In this document: piece by piece, positions 38,853-48,433 of the stretch
How the letters are laid out: every line of letters starts with the position of its first letter
Position numbering within the stretch: position 1 is the first letter of the stretch
Source of the DNA: Planctomycetota bacterium
GTDB lineage: Bacteria > Planctomycetota > JAJSAM01 > JAJVHW01
Assembly: GCA_965248445.1 (NCBI GenBank)
Contig: CBDFJG010000004.1
Span: forward strand, 1,088,001 to 1,152,000
DNA length: 64,000 nucleotides
Direction: 5' to 3'
The notes under the pieces: generated by a model
What the model saw: the letters and a program-made list of their open reading frames with translations, nothing else
What the model was told of the DNA's origin: nothing
Databases searched by the model: none
Program-made: the position numbers and the translations under genes

Positions 38853-40421
38853 CTATTTACGACCATCGGCTCCGAACACGCGGCCATAGCGGTAGTACAC
38901 CTCGAGGCAGAGGCAGTTCATGGTCGTCGAGTACACGCGGCCGCCCTCCGGCGCCCACGGGTCCACCGGGTCCCACGAACCGATCTCGTCGCGGCCCGCT
39001 TCCTTGCGCTGGTGGTTCACGATGGCTTCTTCCATCGAGCCCTTCCAGGCCTTCCACTCCTTGCCACCGACCTGGAACATCGCCAGCGTCGCGTAGTACC
39101 AGTAGTAGAAGTCGATCGTGCCGGCATCGACGTCCCAACGTGGGGGCTTCTTGCCCATGAGGCCGGCGCCCTTCTTGATGAACTCGTTGGTCGCCGGGTC
39201 CTGGCCCACGAAGATGCGCGTGAGCACTCCCACACCCGTGAGCGACTCGCTCTGGTCGGCCGGGAACTTCTCCTGCATGTCCTGGGTACGCGCCGGCGGA
39301 CCGCCGCGACGCTGGTAGCCGACGCGACCGAACTCGGGCTCGGTCATCTTCTCGATCCACGCCAAGGCGCCGCGGAACGAGCCCTCGTCGACGTCGAGTT
39401 CCGCCATCTTGGCGGACTTGAGCACCATCACGGCCCAGCCGGTGACGGACGTGTCGTTGTCGCCGTCACGGATGCCGTAGCGCCAGGCCAGGTACGGGTT
39501 CTGGGACTTGTGGACGAAGTTGACACCGCGCTGCGCCGGCTCCTTGAAGAGTCGCGAGCCGGTGAGGCCGTACGCCTCGGTCATCGCGAGCGCCGCGCAC
39601 ACGTGGTTGTACTGCCACTGGTGTCCGACCTGCGGGCCGAAGCAGCCCTCGCCGTCCTGGATGCCCTTCAGATAGCGCAGACCGTTCTTGACCGTCTCCT
39701 TGTACTGACCGCTGTTGTGCGTCTCGCCTGCACCGAGGAAGCACAGGAGCGCGAGGCCGGACTGGCCGGGGTCGTACACGGACTCACCCGGACCGCTGCA
39801 CTGGTTGAGCTTGCACTGGTCCTGGAAGCCGTCGGAGTCCCAGTGGCCGCCGGGGCTCTGGTGGTTCTTCAGCCACTCGAGCGCGAGGTCCACTGCGCTC
39901 TGCGTCTTGCGACCACCGCCGCCTGCGCGCAGATTGCGCCGACCGCCGCGGCGTCCGCCGAACGAGCCGCCCGCTCCGCCACCGATGCCGATCGTGCCGT
40001 TCGTGCCCGGGCCCTCGAACGGTGCGTCCGAGTTGAACCGCGGGTCGCCGAGCGACTCGTTGTCATCCATGTCGTTGTCGGTCTCGTTGTGGTCACTGAC
40101 CTTCGCGTCCTTGATGACGGGGTCCTCGACCGCCTTCTCCATCTCTTCGATGGGCTTGTCCTCTTCGACCTCCGGCTCGATCTCTTCCTCGAGTTCCGGG
40201 GTATCGACCGCCTGTGACATCTCGATGCGCTTGGGCGCGTCCTCCGTGCCGATGTCGGTGGGCATCAGGAGGAGAAGCAGGAAGATGACGCCGTGCACTC
40301 CGATGGAGCACAGGATCCACGGGGCGTTCTTCATCTGCTGGTAGAGGATTTCGCCGAAGTCGTCGGTGCCCTCCCCTTCCAGGATCTCCCGCTTGCTGCG
40401 GTAGCTGTCGATCATTGCCAT
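38853..40421 (-). CDS. Membrane-anchored prenyltransferase/squalene-oxidase-repeat protein (planctomycete type)
   Basis: TM with S..VH, an acidic linker, a Gly-rich GIGGGAGG.FGGR segment, then L.WL..HQ..G.W ... DTSVTGW ... EVYYRY. Confidence 0.9.
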   Translation of the reverse strand: MAMIDSYRSKREILEGEGTDDFGEILYQQMKNAPWILCSIGVHGVIFLLLLLMPTDIGTEDAPKRIEMSQAVDTPELEEEIEPEVEEDKPIEEMEKAVEDPVIKDAKVSDHNETDNDMDDNESLGDPRFNSDAPFEGPGTNGTIGIGGGAGGSFGGRRGGRRNLRAGGGGRKTQSAVDLALEWLKNHQSPGGHWDSDGFQDQCKLNQCSGPGESVYDPGQSGLALLCFLGAGETHNSGQYKETVKNGLRYLKGIQDGEGCFGPQVGHQWQYNHVCAALAMTEAYGLTGSRLFKEPAQRGVNFVHKSQNPYLAWRYGIRDGDNDTSVTGWAVMVLKSAKMAELDVDEGSFRGALAWIEKMTEPEFGRVGYQRRGGPPARTQDMQEKFPADQSESLTGVGVLTRIFVGQDPATNEFIKKGAGLMGKKPPRWDVDAGTIDFYYWYYATLAMFQVGGKEWKAWKGSMEEAIVNHQRKEAGRDEIGSWDPVDPWAPEGGRVYSTTMNCLCLEVYYRYGRVFGADGRK

Positions 40422-40716
40422 CGGTGTTCCTCTCGGCGCTTCTTCCGGCGATCCGGCTCGCGGATCGGTGCGGAGACGGGCGCGCCGCGCCCCGTCATGT
40501 CTCGACTAGTCGGCTTCCTTCTCGCTGTCGCCGGCCCGGATTGGACTCTCCGGCCGGCCGTCGGATCGTAGCCCGGGTCCGACACCTCTCTCAACGAATG
40601 GGCTCAGGAAAGGTTCGGGGGTCGGAGAAGAATTCACAAGACGTTGCGGCTAAAGAGGTTATGGCCGCGCCAGCAAGCTCGCTCCGAAGACGGACCGAGG
40701 CCGGCCGGCCAACAGC

Positions 40717-41895
40717 TCACAGGCTGAACTGCTCGAGCACCGCCGTGCGCGCGTCCTCGAGGACGCGGCGGAGGTCGTCTGCCCGGTGCACGGGCCGGAC
40801 GGTTGCCTGCTCGAGGAGACGCAGTTCGACTTCGTACGCGCCGAGCTGGCGCTTGCGATCTCCGAGCAGCGTCCGGATCTTCTCGTGCACGTCGTCGTAC
40901 TCGAGCGTGCGCGCTTCGACGGCACCCTCGTTCTGCATGAGGTAGAACGTGCCGCCCTTCTCGATGACCTCCGAGACAGCGCCCGACGGAGTGCCGAATG
41001 CGAATTCGTCGATCCATGGCGCGCGCTCGCCCGGTGCGACCTCCAGCAGCGCGTACGGATCCTCGGCGGCCATCTCGGGCACCGTCTCGCGGTAGACGGG
41101 CACCCAGTCCTCGCCCCCGCGAAGCCGCCGCTGAGCGTTCTCCGCCTTGCTCCTGGCGGCCATGTGCGCCGCCTCGTAGTCGCGGGCGTCGGGACTCGGC
41201 TGCACGATCATGATCCGGAGCTTCCCGTGGCGAGGGATGTCGAACACCTCGGGGTTGCGCTCGTAGAAGTCCTTCACCTCCGCGGGTGACACGTACGGAT
41301 CGATCATCGGGCGCACGCGCGGGTCGCCGCCGCCAACGCCCATCGCAGAGCGCAGGTAGCGCTCCATGACCGTCGTGCGCACGATCTCGCGCTCGTACTC
41401 CCGGCGCGTCATGCCGCGCTCGCGCAGGAACGCCTCGAGCGTGCCGCCGTTCCGCTTGATCTCCTCGACGCGCGCGTCGCGCAACTCGTCCAGCTCGTCG
41501 CGCTTCAGCTCGACGCCGGCGTCCTTCGCAGCGTGGTAGATGATCCGGTCGCGCAGAATGCCGATGAGAGCGCGCTGCTCGATCGTGGACTTCTCGGAAC
41601 CAGGCGCGAGCACAGCGAGTTGAGGACCGACCTCGAGCAGGACGTCGCGGTACGTGACAACCTCGTCGTTGACCCACGCGACTACCCGGCTGGACGAGCC
41701 CGGATCCGGAAGCAGTTCCTCGGTCGGCACCTCTTCGCGGGCCGCCGTCGCGCCCCGCCGCTCGAGCGGAGCGGCCACGTCGGTGTCGTCGCCGGTGAAG
41801 ACCGGAGGCGGGCCGCCCTCGCCGGGCAGCGGGCCCGACGCGCAAGCCAGGACGAGAGACGCGAACGCGATGAGAGACGGTGTTGCGATCCGCAT
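40717..41895 (-). CDS. SurA-like chaperone/peptidyl-prolyl isomerase lipoprotein
   Basis: LAC lipobox, VVAWVNDEVVT, VSP.EV..FY..N...F, FAF....G.VS.VI. Located downstream of mfd. Confidence 0.8.
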   Translation of the reverse strand: MRIATPSLIAFASLVLACASGPLPGEGGPPPVFTGDDTDVAAPLERRGATAAREEVPTEELLPDPGSSSRVVAWVNDEVVTYRDVLLEVGPQLAVLAPGSEKSTIEQRALIGILRDRIIYHAAKDAGVELKRDELDELRDARVEEIKRNGGTLEAFLRERGMTRREYEREIVRTTVMERYLRSAMGVGGGDPRVRPMIDPYVSPAEVKDFYERNPEVFDIPRHGKLRIMIVQPSPDARDYEAAHMAARSKAENAQRRLRGGEDWVPVYRETVPEMAAEDPYALLEVAPGERAPWIDEFAFGTPSGAVSEVIEKGGTFYLMQNEGAVEARTLEYDDVHEKIRTLLGDRKRQLGAYEVELRLLEQATVRPVHRADDLRRVLEDARTAVLEQFSL

Positions 41896-41904
41896 GCGGG
41901 GAGG

Positions 41905-44900
41905 CTACCCGGCAGGCGCACGGCCGCGGGAATCAACCCGCCCCGCCCCGTCACCGCCACCGGCACCGCCGCCGCCCACGGGACGCAGCGCCTCCAGCAC
42001 GGCATCGAGGATCGCCGCCCCGCGCAGATCCTGCGCCGGCAGCAGAAGATGGCAGTGGCGCCCATCCACTGCGCGGATGCGCTTCCCCAGTCGTCCGAGC
42101 GACTGGCGGACACGTATCGGGTCAGCCGTCCGCAGGAGGACTCTCTCTTCACCGTCGTGCACGATCATCGTGAGACGCGTCACGCCCAGCAGCTCGCCGA
42201 GCAGGCGGACGCGGGCAACCCGCGCCAGTAGGCGGATCTCCTCGGGTGGCGGACCGAAGCGGTCGGCGCACTCGCCGATCAGCGCAGAGACTTCCTGGTC
42301 ATCGCTGGCCGCCGAGAAGCGCCGATACGTGTCGATGCGCTGGCGGTCGTCGTCGATGTACTCCCGGGGGATCGCGGTGGCCGCGGGCAGGTTGACGTGA
42401 CAGACCGTGCGCAGCGACTTCGTGTCGTGCTTCACACGGCCCACAGCGTCGGAGAGGAGTCGACAGTACAACTCGTATCCGACGGACGCGATGTACCCGG
42501 ACTGCTCCTGTCCGAGCAGATTGCCGGCGCCCCGGATCTCCATGTCGCGCATCGCGATGCGGAAGCCGGCGCCGAGATCCGAGAGTTCCTCGACCACGCG
42601 CACGCGTCGCTCGGCATCCGTCGGCATCCGCCGCGCAGGCACCAGCAAGTAGCAGTACGCGCGCCGGTCGTAGCGACCCACGCGCCCGCGCAGCTGGTGC
42701 AGGTCGGCCAGTCCGAGCCAGTCCGCGCGATCGATGAAGATCGTGTTGGCGTTGGGGATGTCGAGTCCGGACTCGACGATCGTCGTCGCGACGAGCACGT
42801 CGACCTCGTGATCCACGAATCGGAGCATCCGGTCCTCGATCTGCGAGTCGGGCAGCTGTCCGTGCACGACCTCTACGCGCGCCTCGGGCACGGCGTGCCG
42901 CAGCCGTCCTGCGACCTTCTCGATCGTCTTCACACGGTTGTGGATGAAGTACGCCTGCCCGCCGCGTTCGAGCTCCGTGACCAGCGCACCGCGGACGATC
43001 GCGTCGTCGTCGGCGATGACGCGGGTCTCGATCGGGCGGCGGCCGAACGGAGCCGTGGTGAGCGAGGAGATGTCGCGCAGGCCGAGCAGCGCCATGTGCC
43101 TCGTCCGCGGAATGGGCGTTGCCGTCATCGTCAGCACGTCCACGATCGCGCGGGCTTGTCTGAGGCCGTGCTTCGCCTTCACCCCGAAGCGCTGCTCCTC
43201 GTCCACGACCAGCAGGCCGAGGTCCCGGAACGCGACGTCGCCGGAGACCAGCCGGTGCGTGCCGATGACGACGTCCACGCGGCCGTCCGCGGCGCGTTCC
43301 AGGATCTCACGCTGCTCGCGAGCAGTGCGGAAACGCGAGAGAACCTCGACGTTGATCGGATAGCTGGCGAAGCGCTCGCGAAACACCTGTCCGTGCTGCT
43401 CGGCGAGCACGGTCGTCGGCACGAGGAGCGCTACTTGCTTGCCGGCGAGCACCGACTTGAACGCCGCGCGCACCGCGAGCTCGGTCTTCCCGAAACCCAC
43501 GTCGCCGCAAAGCAGCCGATCCATGGGAACGTCGTTCTCCATGTCGGACTTGATCGCGGCGAGTGCCGTCTCCTGATCGGGTGTGAGATCGAACGGGAAC
43601 GTCGCCTCGAACTCGAGCTGCTCCGGTCCGTCGGGCGGGAACGCGAGGCCCGGTCGCGCCTTGCGCAGCGCCTGTGTGCGGAGCAGTTCGAGGGCGACGC
43701 CGTCCACCGACGTCGCCACGGACTTCTTGCGGCGCTCCCACGTACGGCCGCCGACCTTCGAGAGCCTCGGCTTCGCCTCACCGGCGCCGACGTAGCGATG
43801 CACCAGCGCCGCTTTCGTCACCGGCACGTGCACCAGCGTCTCACCCTGGAACTCGATCGTCAGGTGATCCGTGGGTACGCCGTCCTTCTCCCGAGGAGAG
43901 AGTCCGCGGTAGATGCCGATGCCGTGAGCCAGGTGCACGACGGGGTTCCCGATCTGGAAGTCGGTCCACTGCGGGGCCGACACCGGGCGGCGGGTGGCCC
44001 GTCCTCTGGGCCGAGGCAGCCGCGTGCGTCCGAACAGCTCGTCGTAGCTGAGCAGCGCGATCCCGAGCGCAGGCACCTGGAAGCCGTGGGAGAGACAGCC
44101 CTCGGAGACCGAGAGGCGCTCGTCGTCTGCCACACCCGCGTCCGACAACATCGACCGAACACGCGACACGTCTCCCGCCGTGGCGCAGAGCAGGCGGACG
44201 TCGCGGTTGCGCTCGAGCAGCGCACTGAGCGCCTCGCGGAACGTCACGAGGTCGCGCGCCAACGCCGACGCTCCGAGGATTCGCGCGTTCACGCCGTCGC
44301 CGCTCTGCACGGGGGCAGCCGACAGACGGAGCGCGCAACGGTCCAGCGCGTCGAGCGAGAACCGGGCGTACATGGTGCCCAGCTCCTCCTCCGGGCGCGC
44401 GCTCTCGAAGCGAGCGAGCCAGGCCGCCGCCGCCTGCTCTTCGACGTGCACGATCAGGGCGTCCGTCGAGAGCAACGATGTGATCAGGCGCGCCTTCTTC
44501 AGCGCCCGGCGGACGGTGGTGACATCGGCGCCGGCCGGCAGGCCGACCGCATCGGCCGCCGAGAGCAGCGGGACCGCGACCGACTCGAGGGTCTCCACGG
44601 AGCGCTGCGAGATCGGATCGAACACGCGCAGGCTCTCGACGTCGTCGCCGAACAACTCGACGCGCAACGGGAACTCGAGGCCGCGAGGGTGGATGTCGAC
44701 GATTCCGCCGCGCTGCGACCATTCACCGGTCGCCTCCACCATGGGCACGCGCGCGAATCCGGCGGCCGCGAGGCGACCGCCCACCTCGCCCATGTCGAGC
44801 GCCTGACCGGTTCGGAGGAGGAGCGTTCCCGCCGCCAGGATCTGCGGTGACGGTACCGGCTGCAGGACGGCTGCCAGCGACGCCACGATGTAGCGGGCCG

Positions 44901-45285
44901 ACCCCGCCGCCAGCGCCTCGAGCACACCGGTGCGCGCGGCGAGACGGCCGCGCTCGCGAGCCCTTGCGTCCGGCAGCGTCGCATCGAACGCCGGGAACTC
45001 GAGGACTTCCTCCGCGCCCGGCGCGTCAGACAACCCCTCCCTCTCCGACAAGAAGTGGACGAGGTCGTCGTGAAACGCTGCCGCTTCCTCGGCACCGGGC
45101 GCGACGATCAGCCGGGGGAACGGAAGTTCATTGTCGAGCGCCGCGAGCAGCGCAGCGCGGGAGGCGCCCACGAGGCCGCCCACCCTGAGCGCGCGGCGTT
45201 CGCGCACGGCGAGCCCGACCTCCCGGGACACATCCAGTCCCGCGAGGCGCGTGAGGAAACCCTCCGAGCGCGCCGCGCCCTTCAT
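41905..45285 (-). CDS. mfd: Transcription-repair coupling factor
   Basis: RGGIVDI, VVH..HGIG.Y, MDRLLCGDVGFGKTE, DEEQRFGV, TATPIPRT, QLRGRVGR, RGAGNLLG.EQSG. Confidence 0.97.
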   Translation of the reverse strand: MKGAARSEGFLTRLAGLDVSREVGLAVRERRALRVGGLVGASRAALLAALDNELPFPRLIVAPGAEEAAAFHDDLVHFLSEREGLSDAPGAEEVLEFPAFDATLPDARARERGRLAARTGVLEALAAGSARYIVASLAAVLQPVPSPQILAAGTLLLRTGQALDMGEVGGRLAAAGFARVPMVEATGEWSQRGGIVDIHPRGLEFPLRVELFGDDVESLRVFDPISQRSVETLESVAVPLLSAADAVGLPAGADVTTVRRALKKARLITSLLSTDALIVHVEEQAAAAWLARFESARPEEELGTMYARFSLDALDRCALRLSAAPVQSGDGVNARILGASALARDLVTFREALSALLERNRDVRLLCATAGDVSRVRSMLSDAGVADDERLSVSEGCLSHGFQVPALGIALLSYDELFGRTRLPRPRGRATRRPVSAPQWTDFQIGNPVVHLAHGIGIYRGLSPREKDGVPTDHLTIEFQGETLVHVPVTKAALVHRYVGAGEAKPRLSKVGGRTWERRKKSVATSVDGVALELLRTQALRKARPGLAFPPDGPEQLEFEATFPFDLTPDQETALAAIKSDMENDVPMDRLLCGDVGFGKTELAVRAAFKSVLAGKQVALLVPTTVLAEQHGQVFRERFASYPINVEVLSRFRTAREQREILERAADGRVDVVIGTHRLVSGDVAFRDLGLLVVDEEQRFGVKAKHGLRQARAIVDVLTMTATPIPRTRHMALLGLRDISSLTTAPFGRRPIETRVIADDDAIVRGALVTELERGGQAYFIHNRVKTIEKVAGRLRHAVPEARVEVVHGQLPDSQIEDRMLRFVDHEVDVLVATTIVESGLDIPNANTIFIDRADWLGLADLHQLRGRVGRYDRRAYCYLLVPARRMPTDAERRVRVVEELSDLGAGFRIAMRDMEIRGAGNLLGQEQSGYIASVGYELYCRLLSDAVGRVKHDTKSLRTVCHVNLPAATAIPREYIDDDRQRIDTYRRFSAASDDQEVSALIGECADRFGPPPEEIRLLARVARVRLLGELLGVTRLTMIVHDGEERVLLRTADPIRVRQSLGRLGKRIRAVDGRHCHLLLPAQDLRGAAILDAVLEALRPVGGGGAGGGDGAGRVDSRGRAPAG

Positions 45286-45300
45286 GTGAGGCAGAGACTA

Positions 45301-46650
45301 CTAGGAAGCCTGCTTAGTCGAGCGCCGTCGGCGTCGTGCCGGTGTTCGGGAGCCCGTCTTCTTGGCCGCGCGCTTCCGCGGCTTCTTGCGGGCCTTCTCG
45401 CGCAGGATCTCCTGCAGCGCCCTCTTGGCGGCCGCCTGCTCGGCATCCTTCTTGGTCTCGCCAGCAGCGAACGGGAAACGGCGGCCGGCGACGATCGCGA
45501 CCACCTCATACGTGCGGGCGTGATCCGGACCGCTCCGTCGCACGACCTCGTACCGCGGCGTGTCGCCGTGGTCCTTCTGGGCCACTTGCTGCAGCACCGA
45601 TTTGAAGTTGCGGTCGCCGCGCTCCGAAAGCGCTTCGGCGATGAACGGGCGCAGCTGGTCGAGCACGTACAGGCGCACGGCTTCGTACCCGCGATCGAGG
45701 TACACGGCCCCGACCACCCCTTCGAACACGTCGGCGATCAGCGAACGCGGGAGCCCGTCCTTCAGCTGGATACCGCGGCCGACGGCCAGGTACTGGTCCA
45801 GTCCGTGCTGCATCGCAGCGGCGGCCAGACCTGTTGTGCTGACGACCTCGGACTTCACTTTCGTGAGCTCGCCTTCGTCGCAATCGGGGAGGAGTTTGTA
45901 AAGGTGCTCGCTGACGATCAGGCCGACGACCGAGTCCCCGAGGAACTCCAGCCGCTCGTACGAGGGTCGGTCATCGTCCCTCACCGAACTGTGCGTGAGC
46001 GCGAGGTGGAGCAGCGAGACATCGCGGAAGTGGTAGCCGATCGCCCGCTGACACTCGTAGAGCCGTTCGTCGTCGAAGAACTCGTCGGCGGACAGCGTCG
46101 AGCTGCGAGAGGCGGTCTTGCGGGGCCGGCGCGCGGGAGCGCCGCCCTCGTCGTCCGCTGCGGCCCGGCGGCGGGTCGATTGGCGGCGCGGGGTCTTGGC
46201 GGCCGTGGTCGCCTTCCGGCCGGTTTTGCGGACGCCGGTCTTCCGCGCCCCGGTCGTTCGCGTGCCGGCCTTGCGGGCGCGAGTCTTCCGCACGGGTGCC
46301 TCGCCCCCGTCGGCCTCAGCGGTCGTGCGCCGTGTGGTCTTACGCCGCGTCCGGGTCGTCTTTCGCGCCGGAGCGGAGTCCGCGGTCCCGGAGGCGGCAG
46401 ACGCTGGGGCGTCGGTGGTCTTGCGCGCCCGCGATCGGCGGGTGCGTCTCGGCTTCTCTGCGGCCGGGGCGTCGCTGTCGGCGGGGCCGGCGTCCGAGGC
46501 AGCGTTCTCGCTCGCCTCGCCGTCGGCCGGGCCGTCCTCACCGCGTCGCCGCGTTCGCCGGCCGCCGCGACGCCGTGGGCGCCGTCGGCCGGCGGGCGCG
46601 GCGTCGTCCTCGGTGGGACGCGCGCCCGGCTCGGTGTTGTCGTTCCGGAT
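45301..46650 (-). CDS. rnc: Ribonuclease III with long basic low-complexity N- and C-terminal extensions (start uncertain)
   Basis: ALTHSS, YERLEFLGD, EGELT, ADVFE...GA.YLD, and a dsRBD (KS.LQ...GPDH.R...GETKK.AEQ.AA). Confidence 0.9.
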   Translation of the reverse strand: MRNDNTEPGARPTEDDAAPAGRRRPRRRGGRRTRRRGEDGPADGEASENAASDAGPADSDAPAAEKPRRTRRSRARKTTDAPASAASGTADSAPARKTTRTRRKTTRRTTAEADGGEAPVRKTRARKAGTRTTGARKTGVRKTGRKATTAAKTPRRQSTRRRAAADDEGGAPARRPRKTASRSSTLSADEFFDDERLYECQRAIGYHFRDVSLLHLALTHSSVRDDDRPSYERLEFLGDSVVGLIVSEHLYKLLPDCDEGELTKVKSEVVSTTGLAAAAMQHGLDQYLAVGRGIQLKDGLPRSLIADVFEGVVGAVYLDRGYEAVRLYVLDQLRPFIAEALSERGDRNFKSVLQQVAQKDHGDTPRYEVVRRSGPDHARTYEVVAIVAGRRFPFAAGETKKDAEQAAAKRALQEILREKARKKPRKRAAKKTGSRTPARRRRRSTKQAS

Positions 46651-46795
46651 AGTCGGTTCTCCTGTCTTGCCTGTTCGCCAGGTGGTCGCCCCGCTCGGCG
46701 GGTCTCCGAACTGCGGCGCGAGATGATCAAGCGCCCAGATGATCAAGCTGCACAGCGACCGTGGCGCCGCTGGACTGTGGTGAGGCCGGACGCAC

Positions 46796-46875
46796 TGCCC
46801 GGACACATGCCCGGACACAACTGAGCCGGGCTCGCCGATCAGAGGCGCTGTCGATCCGCGACCGTCGCGGATCGA
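46796..46875. repeat. 12-bp tandem repeat (TGCCCGGACACA x2) and 25-bp palindrome in the rnc/gltA divergent region
   Basis: Tandem repeat at 46796-46819. TCGATCCGCGAC-C-GTCGCGGATCGA at 46851-46875. Confidence 0.7.
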
Positions 46876-47131
46876 GACTGCGGTCTCCGTTCGCGCCGTC
46901 GCCCGTCTCTCTATATGTCGTGACAGGCGCCGGGCCGCCCCGCGAGTGGGCGGGGCAAACCTCCGAATGGGGTACGTGGAATCCTACCCCCAGGCGGCCC
47001 CGCGGGGCGGAAAACCCACTCCGCGCCGCTCAGGGAGGCTCAGCAACCGAGCCCGCTGTGCGCTCACCGCCCGCATCGGTATCCCTCGGTCCTCGCGATA
47101 CGATCAGGAGTCAGACCCCAGGGAGAAGCGC

Positions 47132-48394
47132 ATGTCCATCGCGAAACTGAGTGTCAACGGCAGCGAGCACGAACTGCCCATGGTCGTCGGCAGCGAGGGC
47201 GAGACCGCCGTGGACATCTCGAAGCTGAGAGGATCCAGCGGGATCATCACGCTCGACTCCGGCTACGGCAACACGGGTTCGTGCGCCAGCGGGATCACGT
47301 TCATCGACGGTGAGAACGGCATCCTGCGCTACCGCGGTTACCCAATCGAGGAGCTCGCATCCAAGTGCTCGTTCCTCGAAGTCGCGTACTTGCTGATCCA
47401 CGGTGATCTGCCGACGGACGACGGCAAGCGCGACTTCCTCAAGGGCATCTCGCGGCGGACGCTGATCCACGAAGACATGAAGAAGTTCTTCGAGGGGTAT
47501 CCGCACCACGCGCACCCGATGGCAATCCTGTCGTCCATGTTCACGTCGCTGTCGACGTTCTATCCCGCGGGCGGCGACCCGGAGGCGGACGGGCTGAACA
47601 TGGTCCGGCTGCTGGCCAAGGCGCCGACGATCGCTGCGTTCTCGCACAAGAAGAGCCTCGGCCAGCCGTTCGTGTATCCACGCAACGACCTCGACTACTG
47701 CGAGAACTTCCTCAACATGATGTTCTCGGTCCCCACCGAGGACTACACAGCGCCCACTGCTCTCGTCGAAGCGCTCAACCTGCTGCTGATCCTGCACGCC
47801 GACCACGGGCAGAACTGCAGCACTGCCACGGTGCGCATGGTCGGGAGCAGTCACGCCAACCTGTTTGCGTGCATGGCCGCCGGCGTGGCCGCGCTCTGGG
47901 GACCACTGCACGGTGGTGCGAATCAGAAGGTCATCGAGATGCTCGAACGCATCCGTTCGGACGGCGGCGACTATCAGAAGTACGTCTCGATGGCGAAGGA
48001 CCGCGAGTCGGGCTTCCGCCTGATGGGGTTCGGTCACCGGGTCTACAAGAACTTCGATCCGCGCGCCCGCATCCTGAAGTCGGCGGCAGACCGCGTGCTC
48101 GACGAACTCGGTTTCGACGATCCGCTGCTCGCCATCGCGAAGAACCTCGAGAAGATCGCGCTCGAGGACGAGTACTTCGTAGAGCGCCGCCTGTATCCGA
48201 ACGTCGATTTCTACAGCGGCATCATCTACCGCGCGATGTCGATCCCGACTGAGATGTTCACGGTGATGTTCGCACTCGGCCGGCTGCCGGGGTGGATCGC
48301 ACAGTGGAAGGAGATGCGCGACGACCCGAAGGCACGCATCTACCGACCGCGCCAGGTCTACGTCGGTCCCACCGAGCGTCACATCGATCGCTGA
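47132..48394 (+). CDS. gltA: Citrate synthase
   Basis: ITFIDG..GILRYRGY, HPM, LHADH.QNCST, GPLHGGAN, GFGHRVYKNFDPR, YPNVDFYSG. Confidence 0.97.
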   Translation: MSIAKLSVNGSEHELPMVVGSEGETAVDISKLRGSSGIITLDSGYGNTGSCASGITFIDGENGILRYRGYPIEELASKCSFLEVAYLLIHGDLPTDDGKRDFLKGISRRTLIHEDMKKFFEGYPHHAHPMAILSSMFTSLSTFYPAGGDPEADGLNMVRLLAKAPTIAAFSHKKSLGQPFVYPRNDLDYCENFLNMMFSVPTEDYTAPTALVEALNLLLILHADHGQNCSTATVRMVGSSHANLFACMAAGVAALWGPLHGGANQKVIEMLERIRSDGGDYQKYVSMAKDRESGFRLMGFGHRVYKNFDPRARILKSAADRVLDELGFDDPLLAIAKNLEKIALEDEYFVERRLYPNVDFYSGIIYRAMSIPTEMFTVMFALGRLPGWIAQWKEMRDDPKARIYRPRQVYVGPTERHIDR

Positions 48395-48433
48395 GCGCTG
48401 TGTCTCTGGCTCATCCGCCGACGCGGATGATGC

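Noticed and set aside
36997..40421. Squalene-hopene cyclase / hopanoid biosynthesis cluster
   Set aside because: These are single-barrel extracytoplasmic proteins without DxDD, and there are no hpn genes nearby.
17437..40421. Diversity-generating retroelement template/variable repeats among the barrel paralogs
   Set aside because: No reverse transcriptase is in the window, and the differences are not confined to adenines.
46950..46985. GGCAAACC…GAAT…GG.ACG resembling a c-di-GMP-I riboswitch upstream of gltA
   Set aside because: It lacks the GNRA loop and the GCAAAG and P3 elements. An Rfam/Infernal hit would be needed.
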